From NCBI GenBank assembly GCA_963663235.2, contig CAXXNO010000012.1, positions 192,001 through 256,000 of the forward strand: a DNA stretch of 64,000 nucleotides, in the 5' to 3' direction. The first letter of the stretch is position 1, and each line of letters opens with the position of its first letter. Under the pieces are notes generated by a model that worked only from the letters and a program-made list of their open reading frames with translations, searched no databases and had not been told where the DNA came from. The DNA is from Dehalococcoidia bacterium. Lineage in GTDB: Bacteria > Chloroflexota > Dehalococcoidia > Bin125. Position numbers and translations under genes: made by a program. This document shows positions 18,205 through 28,019 of this stretch, piece after piece.

Positions 18205-19071
18205 ATGCGTCTGACCCTCGGCGAGCACGAGATTGATTGCACCGACCGCACGGCGATCATGGCGATCCTGAACGTCGAGACAGATTCCCCCATCGCGGAG
18301 AGTGTCGTGGCGGTGGAGGAGGCCGTGACCCGCGGGCGGGCCTTGCGCGACGCCGGGGCAGAGATCATCGACGTAGGCGCGCACTCGACCCGCAGCGACG
18401 CGACGCCGATCTCACCACAGGAGGAGATCGAGCGTCTCTGCCCGGTGATCGAGAGGCTGCGGGCGGAAGGGATGATCGTTTCGGTCGACACCTGGACCCC
18501 GGCGGTGGCGCTGGCGGCGGCCCAGGCCGGCGTGCACATCCTCAACGACGTCAGCGGGGCGAGCGATCCGGCGATGGTCGCGGTCGCGGCGGAGCATCGG
18601 CTGCCGCTGATCATCATGCACATGCGTGGCCGGCCGACGCAGCATCGCCAAGCGGACCAGCGCTACGCGGACGTGGCCGCCGAGGTGCGCGGGTTCCTCA
18701 CCCAGCGCGCCGCGCAGTTGAGCGAGGCAGGCGTCGAGCAGGTGTGGCTGGACCCGGGCTTCCAGTTCGGCAAATCAGCGGCGGACAACGTACGCCTGCT
18801 GCTGGATTTGCCCAATCTCCTGGCGTTGGGTCGCCCGGTGGTGGTATCGGCGTCACGGAAGGGTTTTCTGTCGGAGCTGCTCGGGCACGGCGACCGGCAA
18901 GATGCGCCCGGCCTGCTGCCGGCCACGATCGCCGTGAACACGCTGGCGGCCTACTGGGGCGCCCACATTGTGCGCGTGCACGACGTGGCGGAGATGGCGG
19001 CCGCTCTGCGCATCGTGAACGGAGTCCGCGCCCAACGCCGCCTGGATGACGGCGCGCCGCCGTCCAACTGA
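18205..19071 (+). CDS. folP: Dihydropteroate synthase
   Basis: IMAILNV, IIDVGAHSTR, VSVDTW, LNDVSG, DPGFQFGK, SRKGF, IVRVHDV. Confidence 0.92.
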   Translation: MRLTLGEHEIDCTDRTAIMAILNVETDSPIAESVVAVEEAVTRGRALRDAGAEIIDVGAHSTRSDATPISPQEEIERLCPVIERLRAEGMIVSVDTWTPAVALAAAQAGVHILNDVSGASDPAMVAVAAEHRLPLIIMHMRGRPTQHRQADQRYADVAAEVRGFLTQRAAQLSEAGVEQVWLDPGFQFGKSAADNVRLLLDLPNLLALGRPVVVSASRKGFLSELLGHGDRQDAPGLLPATIAVNTLAAYWGAHIVRVHDVAEMAAALRIVNGVRAQRRLDDGAPPSN

Positions 19072-19098
19072 TACAATCGATCAGCGGAGCGAAGAGCC

Positions 19099-19305
19099 AT
19101 GCCCACGTACCAGTTTCGTTGCAAGGACGGCCACGAGTTCGAGCGTCTCATGTCGTTCGCCGAATTCGACCGCAGCAAGCGGGTGCGCTGCCCGGAGTGC
19201 AAGAAGGGCGCGACGCGCGCGCCGGGGGGCTTCCTGTCCTTTAACAGCAGCCAGACGCCGCTCAAGGCGGGCCGACCGCAACAGACCCGCTACCACCCCT
19301 GGTAG
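19099..19305 (+). CDS. FmdB family zinc-ribbon protein
   Basis: MPTYQFRC..GHEFE...CPEC. Confidence 0.85.
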   Translation: MPTYQFRCKDGHEFERLMSFAEFDRSKRVRCPECKKGATRAPGGFLSFNSSQTPLKAGRPQQTRYHPW

Positions 19306-19317
19306 GCGCCCGGCCAC

Positions 19318-20163
19318 ATGACCACGGAAGCCGTGGCGGACATCACCGACGGGACCTTCGCCAGCGAGGTGCTAGAGCGCTCGCGCGAGGTGCCGGTCGT
19401 CGTCGATTTTTGGGCCCCTTGGTGCGGCCCCTGCCGCCACCTGAGCCCCACGCTGGAGCAACTGGCCCAGGAGTACGCCGGTAAGGTCCGCCTAGTAAAG
19501 GTCAACATCGACGAGAATCCCGCCGTCGCCGGGCGGCTCGGCGTCCAGAGCATCCCCGCCGTCATGGCGTTCCGCGATGGAGAGATCGTCGACCAGTTCG
19601 TCGGGGCGCTGCCGGAGCCCGACGTCCGGCGTTTCTTCGAATCGACGCTGCCGTCCCCAGCCGACCTGCTGGTGGCCGAGGCGGCGCAATCGCTCGCTGG
19701 GGGCGACGTCGCCGCAGCCGAGCGGGCCTATCAGTCAGCGCTGGCGGGAGACCCCCGCCACGCGGACGCCGCGCTGGGACTCGCGGCGCTCGTCCTGGAC
19801 CGAGGTGACCTCCCGCAGGCAGGCGCCCTGGCCGAGCCATGGGCCGGCGACGCGCACGGCAAGCGGATCCTGGGATTGATCAGTCTACGGCTGGCGGCCG
19901 AGGGTGCGACACGCGCCGAGATCGAAGAGCGCCTGCGAGCGGATGAGCGCGACGCGGCGGCGCACTATGTCCTCGGCGCCCTGCTCGCCGTCGAGGGCGA
20001 ATGGGACGCCGCGCTGGAGCACCTGCTGGAAACCGTCCGGCTGGACCGCGCCTTCGCCGACGACGGCGGCCGTCTGCGGATGCTGGACGCCTTCAACGTC
20101 CTCGGCGACGACGATCCGCTCACGCAGAACTACCGTCGCAGGCTGAGCGCGGTTCTCTTCTAA
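19318..20163 (+). CDS. Thioredoxin-TPR chaperedoxin (YbbN/CnoX-like)
   Basis: VDFWAPWCGPC followed by a TPR region ending YRRRLSAVLF. Confidence 0.92.
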   Translation: MTTEAVADITDGTFASEVLERSREVPVVVDFWAPWCGPCRHLSPTLEQLAQEYAGKVRLVKVNIDENPAVAGRLGVQSIPAVMAFRDGEIVDQFVGALPEPDVRRFFESTLPSPADLLVAEAAQSLAGGDVAAAERAYQSALAGDPRHADAALGLAALVLDRGDLPQAGALAEPWAGDAHGKRILGLISLRLAAEGATRAEIEERLRADERDAAAHYVLGALLAVEGEWDAALEHLLETVRLDRAFADDGGRLRMLDAFNVLGDDDPLTQNYRRRLSAVLF

Positions 20164-20193
20164 CGCGTCGCGAGAGCGAAAACGAGACGGCCT

Positions 20194-20580
20194 TCAGGCC
20201 TCGGGCTCGGGGTCCATCCCACTCTCCGCTTCGGCTTGATCCGCATCTCCAGGCCGAACGCGCTTGGACCACGCCCACCAGCCCAGCGCCACCGTGGGCA
20301 CCAAGAAGATCAGCGGGAGGAAGATGGACGTGGCGAGCGTCTCGTCGCTCACGTGGAAGGGGTCGTCCGCACCGGCCTCCGCTTCCTGGCGGGGGGTGAC
20401 CGGGGGCCGACCGGCCACCGGATCATCCGTGGCCAACGCGACGGGCCGTTCACCCAGCGTGCTGTCGTCGAAGGCGGCCCCAGCCGTCGCCGAGCCGGCA
20501 GCCAGAGCGAGCGCCACCAGGCCGATCAACAGAGCGGCACGACTCGCGGACGGGGAGAGGCGGAACGCGACGCGGCTCAC
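20194..20580 (-). CDS. Hypothetical exported protein with C-terminal TM anchor
   Basis: AAGGAGG RBS, signal peptide, C-terminal hydrophobic helix followed by KRVR. Confidence 0.65.
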   Translation of the reverse strand: MSRVAFRLSPSASRAALLIGLVALALAAGSATAGAAFDDSTLGERPVALATDDPVAGRPPVTPRQEAEAGADDPFHVSDETLATSIFLPLIFLVPTVALGWWAWSKRVRPGDADQAEAESGMDPEPEA

Positions 20581-20646
20581 GACATCTCCTCCTTGGCCGA
20601 CCGCAGTCAGTTTGGCCCGGTCCGGCGCGGCGGTCAACCGGCGCCA

Positions 20647-21543
20647 TCAGGTGAAGATGGGCAGGATCTCCTCAATCGCGCGGGCCTGCTTGCCGGTCGC
20701 CGCGTAGACGGAGAGGGTCAGCGGCTTGACGCCGGCAGCGTGCCAGGCCTCCACCTTCTCCCGCACCTGGGAGGCGGTGCCGAAGAGGGCCACGTCCTCA
20801 GCCATACGCTCTGAGACCGCCTCGTCCATGGCTTGCTTGTTCCCCTCAGCCTGCGCGGCGCGCGCCCGCTCTACCTCCTCGGCGTAGCCCGCCTCGATGA
20901 AGTAGTTCTGGTAGTTGGGCGTGGACATGTAGAGACGCAAGGCGCGCCGGATCGCGGCCAGGGCGGCGGCGCGATCGTCGGAGACGGAGCAGGGCGCCAG
21001 ATTCCCCACGATGAACGTGTCGCGCCGCTCGGCGGGAATCTCCTTGAGCGACTCGGGCATGTGTGACAGAGCGGCGTTGGCCCACAGGGCGCCGTCGGCG
21101 ATCTCGCCGGCGAGGCGGGTCATCTTCTTCCGCAGCGTCGCCAGGATCACCGGCGGGAGCGGCTGATCCTGCGCGGCCGCGCGCAGTTGCTCAACATAGC
21201 GGCGCATGTCGGTGACCGGTTTTCCCGCGCTAATCCCGAGCGGCCGCAGCGTCGGCTCATGCGCCACGCCCAGCCCGAGACGAAACCGCCCGTCGCTGAG
21301 CTCGTGGATCAAGTTCGCGCTGGCCGCCATGACCGAGGGATGGCGGGTGTAGATCACCGCGATGCCCGTGCCAATCTCGATCCGCTGGGTAGACATGGCG
21401 AGGGCCAGTGACAGCGAGACCCCGTCGGCATACGACGGGCAGTAGATATTCGGAAACCCGCGGCGGTCCAGCTCCTGCGCCGTCTCGATGATCGCACGGC
21501 GGCGGCCCGGCAGCGCCACCAGAGCAAACCCGGGCATCTCCAT
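20647..21543 (-). CDS. LLM class flavin/F420-dependent oxidoreductase
   Basis: TQRIEIGTGI, SDGRFRLGLG, LAGEIADG. Confidence 0.9.
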   Translation of the reverse strand: MEMPGFALVALPGRRRAIIETAQELDRRGFPNIYCPSYADGVSLSLALAMSTQRIEIGTGIAVIYTRHPSVMAASANLIHELSDGRFRLGLGVAHEPTLRPLGISAGKPVTDMRRYVEQLRAAAQDQPLPPVILATLRKKMTRLAGEIADGALWANAALSHMPESLKEIPAERRDTFIVGNLAPCSVSDDRAAALAAIRRALRLYMSTPNYQNYFIEAGYAEEVERARAAQAEGNKQAMDEAVSERMAEDVALFGTASQVREKVEAWHAAGVKPLTLSVYAATGKQARAIEEILPIFT

Positions 21544-21648
21544 GCAGTCAGCCCTCCCCTCTCAGAGACGATGTCCAGCGGAGGGTAGCAGTCACGGCGC
21601 GCTCAGCGTGAACCGCAGCGCGCCTCGCCGGGGTTTATACTTTGCGGC

Positions 21649-23211
21649 ATGAAGCCACCTGCCGTCTTCACCCTGCGCGACGACCGAGGGGCAACGTACG
21701 CCTTCCCCGCCTCGCGGCCCACGCTTCTGGCGTTCGTGAAGGAAGACTGCGAGACCTGCAATCTGGCATTGCCGCTGCTCGAAGCGATCCACCGCGCGGC
21801 GGGCGACCGGATCAACGTCTGGGGCGTGGCGCAAGGGACCGATGACATCAGCATCCTGCGCGAGCGGCACGGGCTCACCATGCCACTCTTGGACGACGAC
21901 ACGCTGGACCTCTCCTACGACGCCGACATCGACACGGTGCCCTCACTGTTCCTGTACGACAGCAGCGGCGCTTGCGTGCGCGAGCTCACCGCCTTCTGGA
22001 AGGACGAATGGCAGACCCTGATCGACGAGGCCGTCGCCCTCGCCGGGAACGGACAGGCCCCGGCGATCGAGTGGCCGGCCCTGCCGGCGAACCAGCCCGG
22101 GTGCGGGGCGCGCAACGTGCTGCCCGGCATCGCCGAGAAGCTGGCGGCGCGCCGCAGCGGCGATCTGCTGTCGCGGCGCATCGACGTCGCCGAGGGCGAC
22201 GACCTGCACGAGTTCATGTTCGACCAGGGGTTCACCGACGGCCTGCCCGTGGTCCCGCCCACGCCGGAGCGCGTCTGGCGCATGCTGCAAGGCACGAAAC
22301 GGGACCCACGCGATGTCGTCGCGGTGATTCCGCCCAACATGGCCCCGGGGACGGTGGAGAAAATCGCGGTCAACGCCGTGATGGCAGGCGCCGAGCCAGC
22401 GTATCTGCCCGCCATCCTGACCGCGATCGAGGCCGCCTGCACCGACGAGTTCAACATGCACGGCGTGCTGGCCACCACCTGGCTGGCCGGCCCCATCGTC
22501 ATCGTCAACGGGCCGGCGCGCCACAAGCTGGGCATGAACATGCAGGGCAACGCCCTGGGCCAGGGCAACCGCGCCAACGCCGCCATCGGGCGGGCGTTGC
22601 AACTGGTCGTACGCAACGTCGGCGGCGGCCGGCCCGGTGAAGTGGACCGCGCCACCCTGGGGGGGCCGCACAAGTACACGTGCTGCTTCGCCGAATGGGA
22701 GGAGCGGTCGCCCTGGGAGCCGTTGCACGTGGAGCGAGGGTTCGCCGCGGAAGACTCGACGATCACCCTGTTCGCCGGTTCCGGGCCGCAACCGATCGCG
22801 GATCAACTCTCGCGCGACGGCCGCTCGCTGGTGCGAAGCCTAGCGCTGGGCCTGGAGTCGCTCTGGCACCCAAAGATGCACAACTTCGGCGAAACGTTCC
22901 TGGTGATCTCGCCGGAGCACGCGGACACACTGGCCGGCAGTGGCTGGAGCAAAGACGACATCCGCAAAGGCATCCAAGAAGCCACCGCGCGGCCCTGGCG
23001 GGAGCTTGTGGGTGACGCGGCGTGCGCCGAGGGCACGCGCCCGCCCAAAGACCCCGCCGACTTGGACAAGCTCGTGCCCAAGTTCCGCAGCGAGCGCGAG
23101 ATCAACATCGTGGTCGCCGGTGGGGAAGCGGGCATGTTCTCGCACGTGCTGGGAAACTGGGTAAGCGGGCCGATGGGTTCGATCAGCATCACCCGCAAGA
23201 TCGCGGAGTAA
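21649..23211 (+). CDS. Redoxin-domain (CETC) fusion protein of the family found next to UGSC proteins
   Basis: FVKEDCETC, PGCGA, TDGLPVVPPTPERV, TVEKIAVNAVMAG, NRANAAIGRA. Confidence 0.82.
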   Translation: MKPPAVFTLRDDRGATYAFPASRPTLLAFVKEDCETCNLALPLLEAIHRAAGDRINVWGVAQGTDDISILRERHGLTMPLLDDDTLDLSYDADIDTVPSLFLYDSSGACVRELTAFWKDEWQTLIDEAVALAGNGQAPAIEWPALPANQPGCGARNVLPGIAEKLAARRSGDLLSRRIDVAEGDDLHEFMFDQGFTDGLPVVPPTPERVWRMLQGTKRDPRDVVAVIPPNMAPGTVEKIAVNAVMAGAEPAYLPAILTAIEAACTDEFNMHGVLATTWLAGPIVIVNGPARHKLGMNMQGNALGQGNRANAAIGRALQLVVRNVGGGRPGEVDRATLGGPHKYTCCFAEWEERSPWEPLHVERGFAAEDSTITLFAGSGPQPIADQLSRDGRSLVRSLALGLESLWHPKMHNFGETFLVISPEHADTLAGSGWSKDDIRKGIQEATARPWRELVGDAACAEGTRPPKDPADLDKLVPKFRSEREINIVVAGGEAGMFSHVLGNWVSGPMGSISITRKIAE

Positions 23212-23223
23212 ATCGCGGAGTAA
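23200..23223 (+). repeat. 12-bp tandem duplication spanning the stop codon
   Basis: ATCGCGGAGTAA x2. Confidence 0.9.
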
Positions 23224-23233
23224 GGAGAGCGCT

Positions 23234-23761
23234 ATGGTCCAGATCCTCGACCCCACGGATGAACGGAAGCCGGTCCAGCGACGGCTGGCGCCGCGGCCCG
23301 AAGCGCTGGAGGGCACAGTGGGCCTGCTGGATATCTCGAAGCCGCGGGGCGACGTGCTGATCGATCGCATCGAAGAGCTGTTACACGACAAGGCTCCGTC
23401 GCTCACCATCAAGCGCTACCGCAAGCCGACTTTCTCCAAGCCCGCGCCGGCGGCGCTGTTGGAAGAGATCAAGGAGGGCTGCGACTTCGTCATCGAAGCG
23501 TTGGCCGATTGAGGGTCGTGCACCACGTGCAGTGTGCACGACACGACCTGGCTAGAGACCCACGGGACGCCGGCGCTGTTCATCGCTTCGTCGGCGTTCA
23601 CGGAAGCGGCGCAGAAACAAGCGACAGCGCTGGGCCTGCCGCAGGTGCGACGCGCAATCGTACCGCACCCGATCCAGGGCCAGAGAGACGAAGAGATGCG
23701 CGCGCGGGCCGACGCCGTGGCGGATGAGCTCATCGAGGCGCTGCTGCGGCCGCCGGACTAG
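23234..23761 (+). CDS. UGSC family selenoprotein (Sec at TGA 23510-23512)
   Basis: Track ORFs 23234-23512 and 23534-23761 are in frame, giving IEALAD-U-GSCTTCSVHD; hairpin at +14. Confidence 0.92.
23526..23540 (+). promoter_or_regulatory. Putative SECIS hairpin
   Basis: CGTGCA-GTG-TGCACG, 13 nt after the TGA. Confidence 0.75.
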
Positions 23762-23805
23762 ACGGCGACGCGTCTTCCAGGCAGCCGGCAGACGAGGACC
23801 GCCCT

Positions 23806-24429
23806 GTGGCAGAGCCCACGCCCTCCGATGAGCGGCGCGCCTTGCGCGCCCACCTGCAGGCGCCGCCGTCGTTCGCGATCGAAGGGGACCGCGGGACGGT
23901 CACGGTGGTGAGCGCCTGGGGCCTCTTCTCCGCCAAGCGGCTGGACGAGGGCAGCGCCATGCTGCTGGGCGAAGTGCGGGCGCTCGCGCCGCCGTCGCGG
24001 CTGCTGGACCTGGGCTGCGGCAACGGCGCTGTGGGCTTGGCGCTGGCCAAGAACTGGCCCGCCAGCACGGTCGTGCTGGCGGACAAGGATATCCTCGCGG
24101 TCGAGACGACCCAAGCCAACGTCGAGCGGAACCGGCTGGCGAACGCCCAAGCCCTGCTCTCCACCGGCTTTCGGGAGTTGCCGCCGGAGCCGTTTGACCT
24201 CATCGTCTCCAATCTGCCCGCGCAAGCGGGCAACGAGGCGATCGACGAACTCCTCCTCGACGCCTACGAGCATCTGGCTCCCAGCGGGGCGCTGGTGGTG
24301 GTGACGGTGCGGGGACTCAAGCGCTACATCAAACGACGATTGCTCGCGATCTTCGGCGATTATCACAAAGCCAAAGAGAGGCCGCGGCACGTGGTGAGCG
24401 AAGCGGCCCGCGAGCGGGAGAGCGCCTAA
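23806..24429 (+). CDS. Class I SAM methyltransferase, RsmC/MTS-like
   Basis: GLFS..RLDEGS, LLDLGCGNG, FDLIVSNLP. Confidence 0.88.
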   Translation: MAEPTPSDERRALRAHLQAPPSFAIEGDRGTVTVVSAWGLFSAKRLDEGSAMLLGEVRALAPPSRLLDLGCGNGAVGLALAKNWPASTVVLADKDILAVETTQANVERNRLANAQALLSTGFRELPPEPFDLIVSNLPAQAGNEAIDELLLDAYEHLAPSGALVVVTVRGLKRYIKRRLLAIFGDYHKAKERPRHVVSEAARERESA

Positions 24430-24471
24430 TGCGCGGGTCGCTGCACCGCGGCCGGCGGCGATGAGTCCATC

Positions 24472-25182
24472 ATGCCGATTCACCTGCGCGCCACGCCCGA
24501 CGACCTCGCTCCCACTGCTCTCCTGGTCGGCGACCCAGGGCGGGCTGAGCGCATCGCCGGAGGCCTGAGCGACGCCCGCTGCTACAACCGCAACCGCGGG
24601 CTGCTGGGCTACACCGGGGAGCACGCGGGCCTCCGCCTCTCCGTTCAGACCACGGGCATGGGCGGGCCTTCCGCGGCGATCGTTACCGAAGAGCTGGCCG
24701 AGCTGGGCGTCCGCACCGTGATCCGCCTGGGCACCTGCGGCGCGGTCGCCGAAGCGGTGGCGGTGCTGGATCTGGCCGTCGCGACGGCGTCCGTGCCGCT
24801 GGACGGCGCCACACGCCAGTACCTCCAGGGCGAGCCATTCGCGCCGGCCGCGGATTTTGCCGTGACGCACGCGCTCGTCGCCGCGGGCGAGGCCACGTCG
24901 CGCCCGGTTCATGTCGGGCTCTTCATGAGCAGCGATGCGTTCTACCGAGAGGAGACGGACTGGACCCGCTGGCGCGACCGAGGTGTGCTGGCCGTGGAGA
25001 TGGAGGCTGCCACGATCTTCACAGTCGCGCTGCATCGGGGGATGCGCGCCGGGGCGATCTGCCTGGTGGTGGACGAAGTGCGCGACCGATCCACCTGGGC
25101 CAGCGACGACGCGATCCAGGCGGCGACAGAGGATCTCATCGCCGTCGGGCTGCGGGCCGCGGTCGCGCTGAGCCGCTCCTAG
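24472..25182 (+). CDS. deoD: Purine nucleoside phosphorylase (DeoD-type)
   Basis: GDPGRA, NRGLLGYTG, GMGGPS, IRLGTCG, SSDAFY, AVEMEAA. Confidence 0.88.
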   Translation: MPIHLRATPDDLAPTALLVGDPGRAERIAGGLSDARCYNRNRGLLGYTGEHAGLRLSVQTTGMGGPSAAIVTEELAELGVRTVIRLGTCGAVAEAVAVLDLAVATASVPLDGATRQYLQGEPFAPAADFAVTHALVAAGEATSRPVHVGLFMSSDAFYREETDWTRWRDRGVLAVEMEAATIFTVALHRGMRAGAICLVVDEVRDRSTWASDDAIQAATEDLIAVGLRAAVALSRS

Positions 25183-25889
25183 GGGGGACCGCCCGACACG
25201 CTCAGCGAGTCGGCGCCCTCGCCCCTACCCGGCGGCCCCGCGGTCGAGCGCAAGTAGCGCACGGTCTCCAGCGCTTCGCCTCCCGGCAGCGCCCTGGCGC
25301 GCGTCAAATCCTCAGGCGTATCGATGTCCAGAGCCCAACGCGCCGTCTCCACGACCGCCACAACCGCACCGGCCGCGCGCGCCGCCGCTTGGTGACGCGC
25401 CGCGGAGCCCGGCCCGTAGGCGGGCGCCATCACGCCCGGCGGCCGCAGCAACAGGCCGTTGGTGCCGCCGTCGCGCGACGGCGCGATGACGACGCTCGGC
25501 GCGCGCGCGAGCGCATCCGTGAGAGCGATGATGTCGGCGGCGCTGATCAAGGGCAGATCACCCGGAACGACCAGCAGCGCGTCGGCGTCCGCGCGGGCCT
25601 CCTGAGCAAGGCGCACGGCCGCGTTGAGGTCGCCGATGCCGGGTGGCTCCTGGAGAAACGCGGCGCCCAGCCGGGAGGCCTCGCGCGCCGCCGCCGCATC
25701 GCGGCTGAGCACCGTCACCCCACTGATACCGGGCGCCGCCCGCAGCGCCCGCACCACGTCATGCAGCATGGCGCGGACCAAGCGGATGCGCTGCTCCGGT
25801 TGAAGAACGGCGGCCAGCCGTGACTTGCCCGCCGGCAGGCCACGGACGGGGACGACCGCCTCAATCGTCGGCCCATCTGTCGGTGTCAC
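25179..25889 (-). CDS. cofC: 2-phospho-L-lactate/PEP guanylyltransferase
   Basis: VPVR...KSRL, GDLP, DGGTNGL, YGPGS..RH, LDIDTPEDL. Confidence 0.92.
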   Translation of the reverse strand: MTPTDGPTIEAVVPVRGLPAGKSRLAAVLQPEQRIRLVRAMLHDVVRALRAAPGISGVTVLSRDAAAAREASRLGAAFLQEPPGIGDLNAAVRLAQEARADADALLVVPGDLPLISAADIIALTDALARAPSVVIAPSRDGGTNGLLLRPPGVMAPAYGPGSAARHQAAARAAGAVVAVVETARWALDIDTPEDLTRARALPGGEALETVRYLRSTAGPPGRGEGADSLSVSGGPP

Positions 25890-26866
25890 GCCGCACCCAG
25901 GGCGAGATCGGCGAGCGAATCGAGAGTGACGCGGGCCAGCGCCCGCTTCTCCTGCGGTCCCGCCATGATGGTCTGCGTGACCACGCAGGCAGCCGCGCTC
26001 TCTTCGCGGACCGCATCGGCCAGCGCCGCGTCCTCGTGGTCGAGGACGAAGAGGTCGATGAGGTCACGGTAGAGGCGCGCCACTCCCAACGCGGAGACAT
26101 CGTGGCCGAGGCTGGCCAGGATCGCCGCGGCCGGTCCCTTCAGCGCGCGGCCGCCCACGATCGGGCTGATCGCGGCCTTCGGCGCCTTGCTGGCCAGCAG
26201 GCAATCGCGGACGCCGGGGACCGCCAGGATGGGCTCGATGGAGAGGAACGGGTTGCTCGGCGCGATGATGATGGCCCGAGCCGCCATGATCGCCTCGTGC
26301 ACGCCGGGAGTCGCGACGGCGGCCTCGGCGCCGGCGAAGCGCAGCCCCAAGACACGGTCTTGCGTGCCCCGTCGCACGAAGTACTCCTGGAAGGCCAACT
26401 CTCCGTCCGGCGTCTCCACCATCGTGCGCAGGCGGCCGTCGGTTGCGGGCAGGATCGTGACGCGCAGGCCGAGCGCCCGCGCGATCTCGGCGGTCACCGC
26501 GCTCAGCGATGCGCCCTCACGCAGGCGCTGTGTGCGGTAGAGATGTGTCCCGATATCGCGGTCGCCCAGGCGGAACCAATCGGGTCCGCCGAGGCTGCGG
26601 AGCGCATCGAGCGCGTGGAACGTCTCCCCGCGCAGGCCCCAGCCCGTTTCCGGGTTCACCAGCCCCGCGAGGGTGTACGTGACGGTGTCTAGATCGGGGG
26701 CGATGTGCAGGCCGCCCAGTTCGAAGTCGTCACCGACGTTGACGATGGCGACCACCTCATCGGGCGGCACGACCTGAACCACGCCCTCCAAGAAGCGGGC
26801 CGCACCAACCCCGCCGGCCAGCGCCACGACCGGGGTCCCGCCCTTGCTCGCGGCATCGTCGGTCAC
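25886..26866 (-). CDS. cofD: 2-phospho-L-lactate transferase
   Basis: LAGGVGAARFL, NVGDD, PDLDTV, WFRLGDRD, FQEYFV, PSNPFLSI, KGPA. Confidence 0.95.
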   Translation of the reverse strand: MTDDAASKGGTPVVALAGGVGAARFLEGVVQVVPPDEVVAIVNVGDDFELGGLHIAPDLDTVTYTLAGLVNPETGWGLRGETFHALDALRSLGGPDWFRLGDRDIGTHLYRTQRLREGASLSAVTAEIARALGLRVTILPATDGRLRTMVETPDGELAFQEYFVRRGTQDRVLGLRFAGAEAAVATPGVHEAIMAARAIIIAPSNPFLSIEPILAVPGVRDCLLASKAPKAAISPIVGGRALKGPAAAILASLGHDVSALGVARLYRDLIDLFVLDHEDAALADAVREESAAACVVTQTIMAGPQEKRALARVTLDSLADLALGAA

Positions 26867-26894
26867 GGCGGCGAGCGTAACACGCCCGGCCGCG

Positions 26895-27245
26895 CTAGCC
26901 GCCGCCGAGCGTCAGCCGGAAGAGACCCGCCGTCTCCTCTTCCTCCAGTTGCAGCGAGGCCGCAGCGCCGGGGACGTCGGGAGCGCCGAAGCGGGCCCGC
27001 AGTCGCAGCGGCCCCTCGGCGTCCAGGCGCGCCCGCTCCAGCAGTGCGCCGGACCAGGGCCCGTCCGGCCCCTCCCCTTCGACTTCGGCCTCGTGCAGGT
27101 AGCCGTCACGCCCCACGATCAAGTGCAGCGTGCAGCGCCAGCGCTCGGTGTCGTCGCGCAGCTCGATGGTGAGGTGGCGGCTGCCGTCCAGCTGGCGCTC
27201 ATCGGAGGTGGCTTCGCCGCGCAGGGTCACGGTGCCGTCCGCCAT
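26895..27245 (-). CDS. Hypothetical protein
   Basis: Fills the gap between cofD and the RDD gene; TACCAT -10 element 6 nt before ATG. Confidence 0.6.
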   Translation of the reverse strand: MADGTVTLRGEATSDERQLDGSRHLTIELRDDTERWRCTLHLIVGRDGYLHEAEVEGEGPDGPWSGALLERARLDAEGPLRLRARFGAPDVPGAAASLQLEEEETAGLFRLTLGGG

Positions 27246-27341
27246 GCCGCGATGGTAGCGCCGCGCTTGACCCGCGGCTCCGCAGCGGCTGAGATGGGGC
27301 GAACGCCCAATCGAGAAGGTCTGTCAAGGGTGCCCCAGCCG

Positions 27342-27959
27342 ATGTCACACGACATGCCGCCAGTCATCGCCTCCTGCTCCAACTGCCGGGGCCCGGGCAG
27401 GCCGGGACCCTTCTGTCCGCACTGCGGCGTGCTCAACAGCCGTCCTGACAGCGGCGTGGTAGCGGCTTCCCGGCGGCGGCGGGGGGGCGGTCTTCTGCTG
27501 GAAGTGTTGTTGGTTCTCCTCACTTTGGGCGTGGGATGGCTCATCTGGCTGGCTAACGTCGCGCCCCGGGCGCAGACACCAGCCAAGTCGATCTTGAACA
27601 TGTACGTCCTCCGCCTCGACGGCACGCCCGCAACCGCCAGGCGGGTCTGGCTGCGTGAGATCGGGGTGAAGGTGCTGCTCTTCGGCGTCGTCAGTTCGCT
27701 GCTCGGTGGGCTGGGCTTTGTGGTGTGGCTGACAAACGCCGTCTGGCTGCTGTGGGACCGAAACCGGCAGACGCTGCACGACAAGATCGCGGAGACGATC
27801 GTGGTGTCGGCGCCGGAGGGCCTGGAATGGCGTGCGCCCGGAACCGGCCCGGGAAACGAGAGACTCGAGCAGCAGTTGCGCGAACTGGACCGCCTCCGCG
27901 ACACGGGCATGATCACCGGCAACGAATATGACAAGCGGCGCCGTCGGCTGCTGGAATGA
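27342..27959 (+). CDS. RDD family protein with N-terminal zinc ribbon and C-terminal SHOCT-like domain
   Basis: CSNC...FCPHCG, QTPAK, RQTLHDKIAETIVV, GMITGNEYDKRRRRLL. Confidence 0.85.
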   Translation: MSHDMPPVIASCSNCRGPGRPGPFCPHCGVLNSRPDSGVVAASRRRRGGGLLLEVLLVLLTLGVGWLIWLANVAPRAQTPAKSILNMYVLRLDGTPATARRVWLREIGVKVLLFGVVSSLLGGLGFVVWLTNAVWLLWDRNRQTLHDKIAETIVVSAPEGLEWRAPGTGPGNERLEQQLRELDRLRDTGMITGNEYDKRRRRLLE

Positions 27960-28019
27960 CCGTGGCGGGAGCCAGCCCGGCCGTGGTAGTCTCCACGCCG
28001 CAGGAAACGGAGGGATTGA

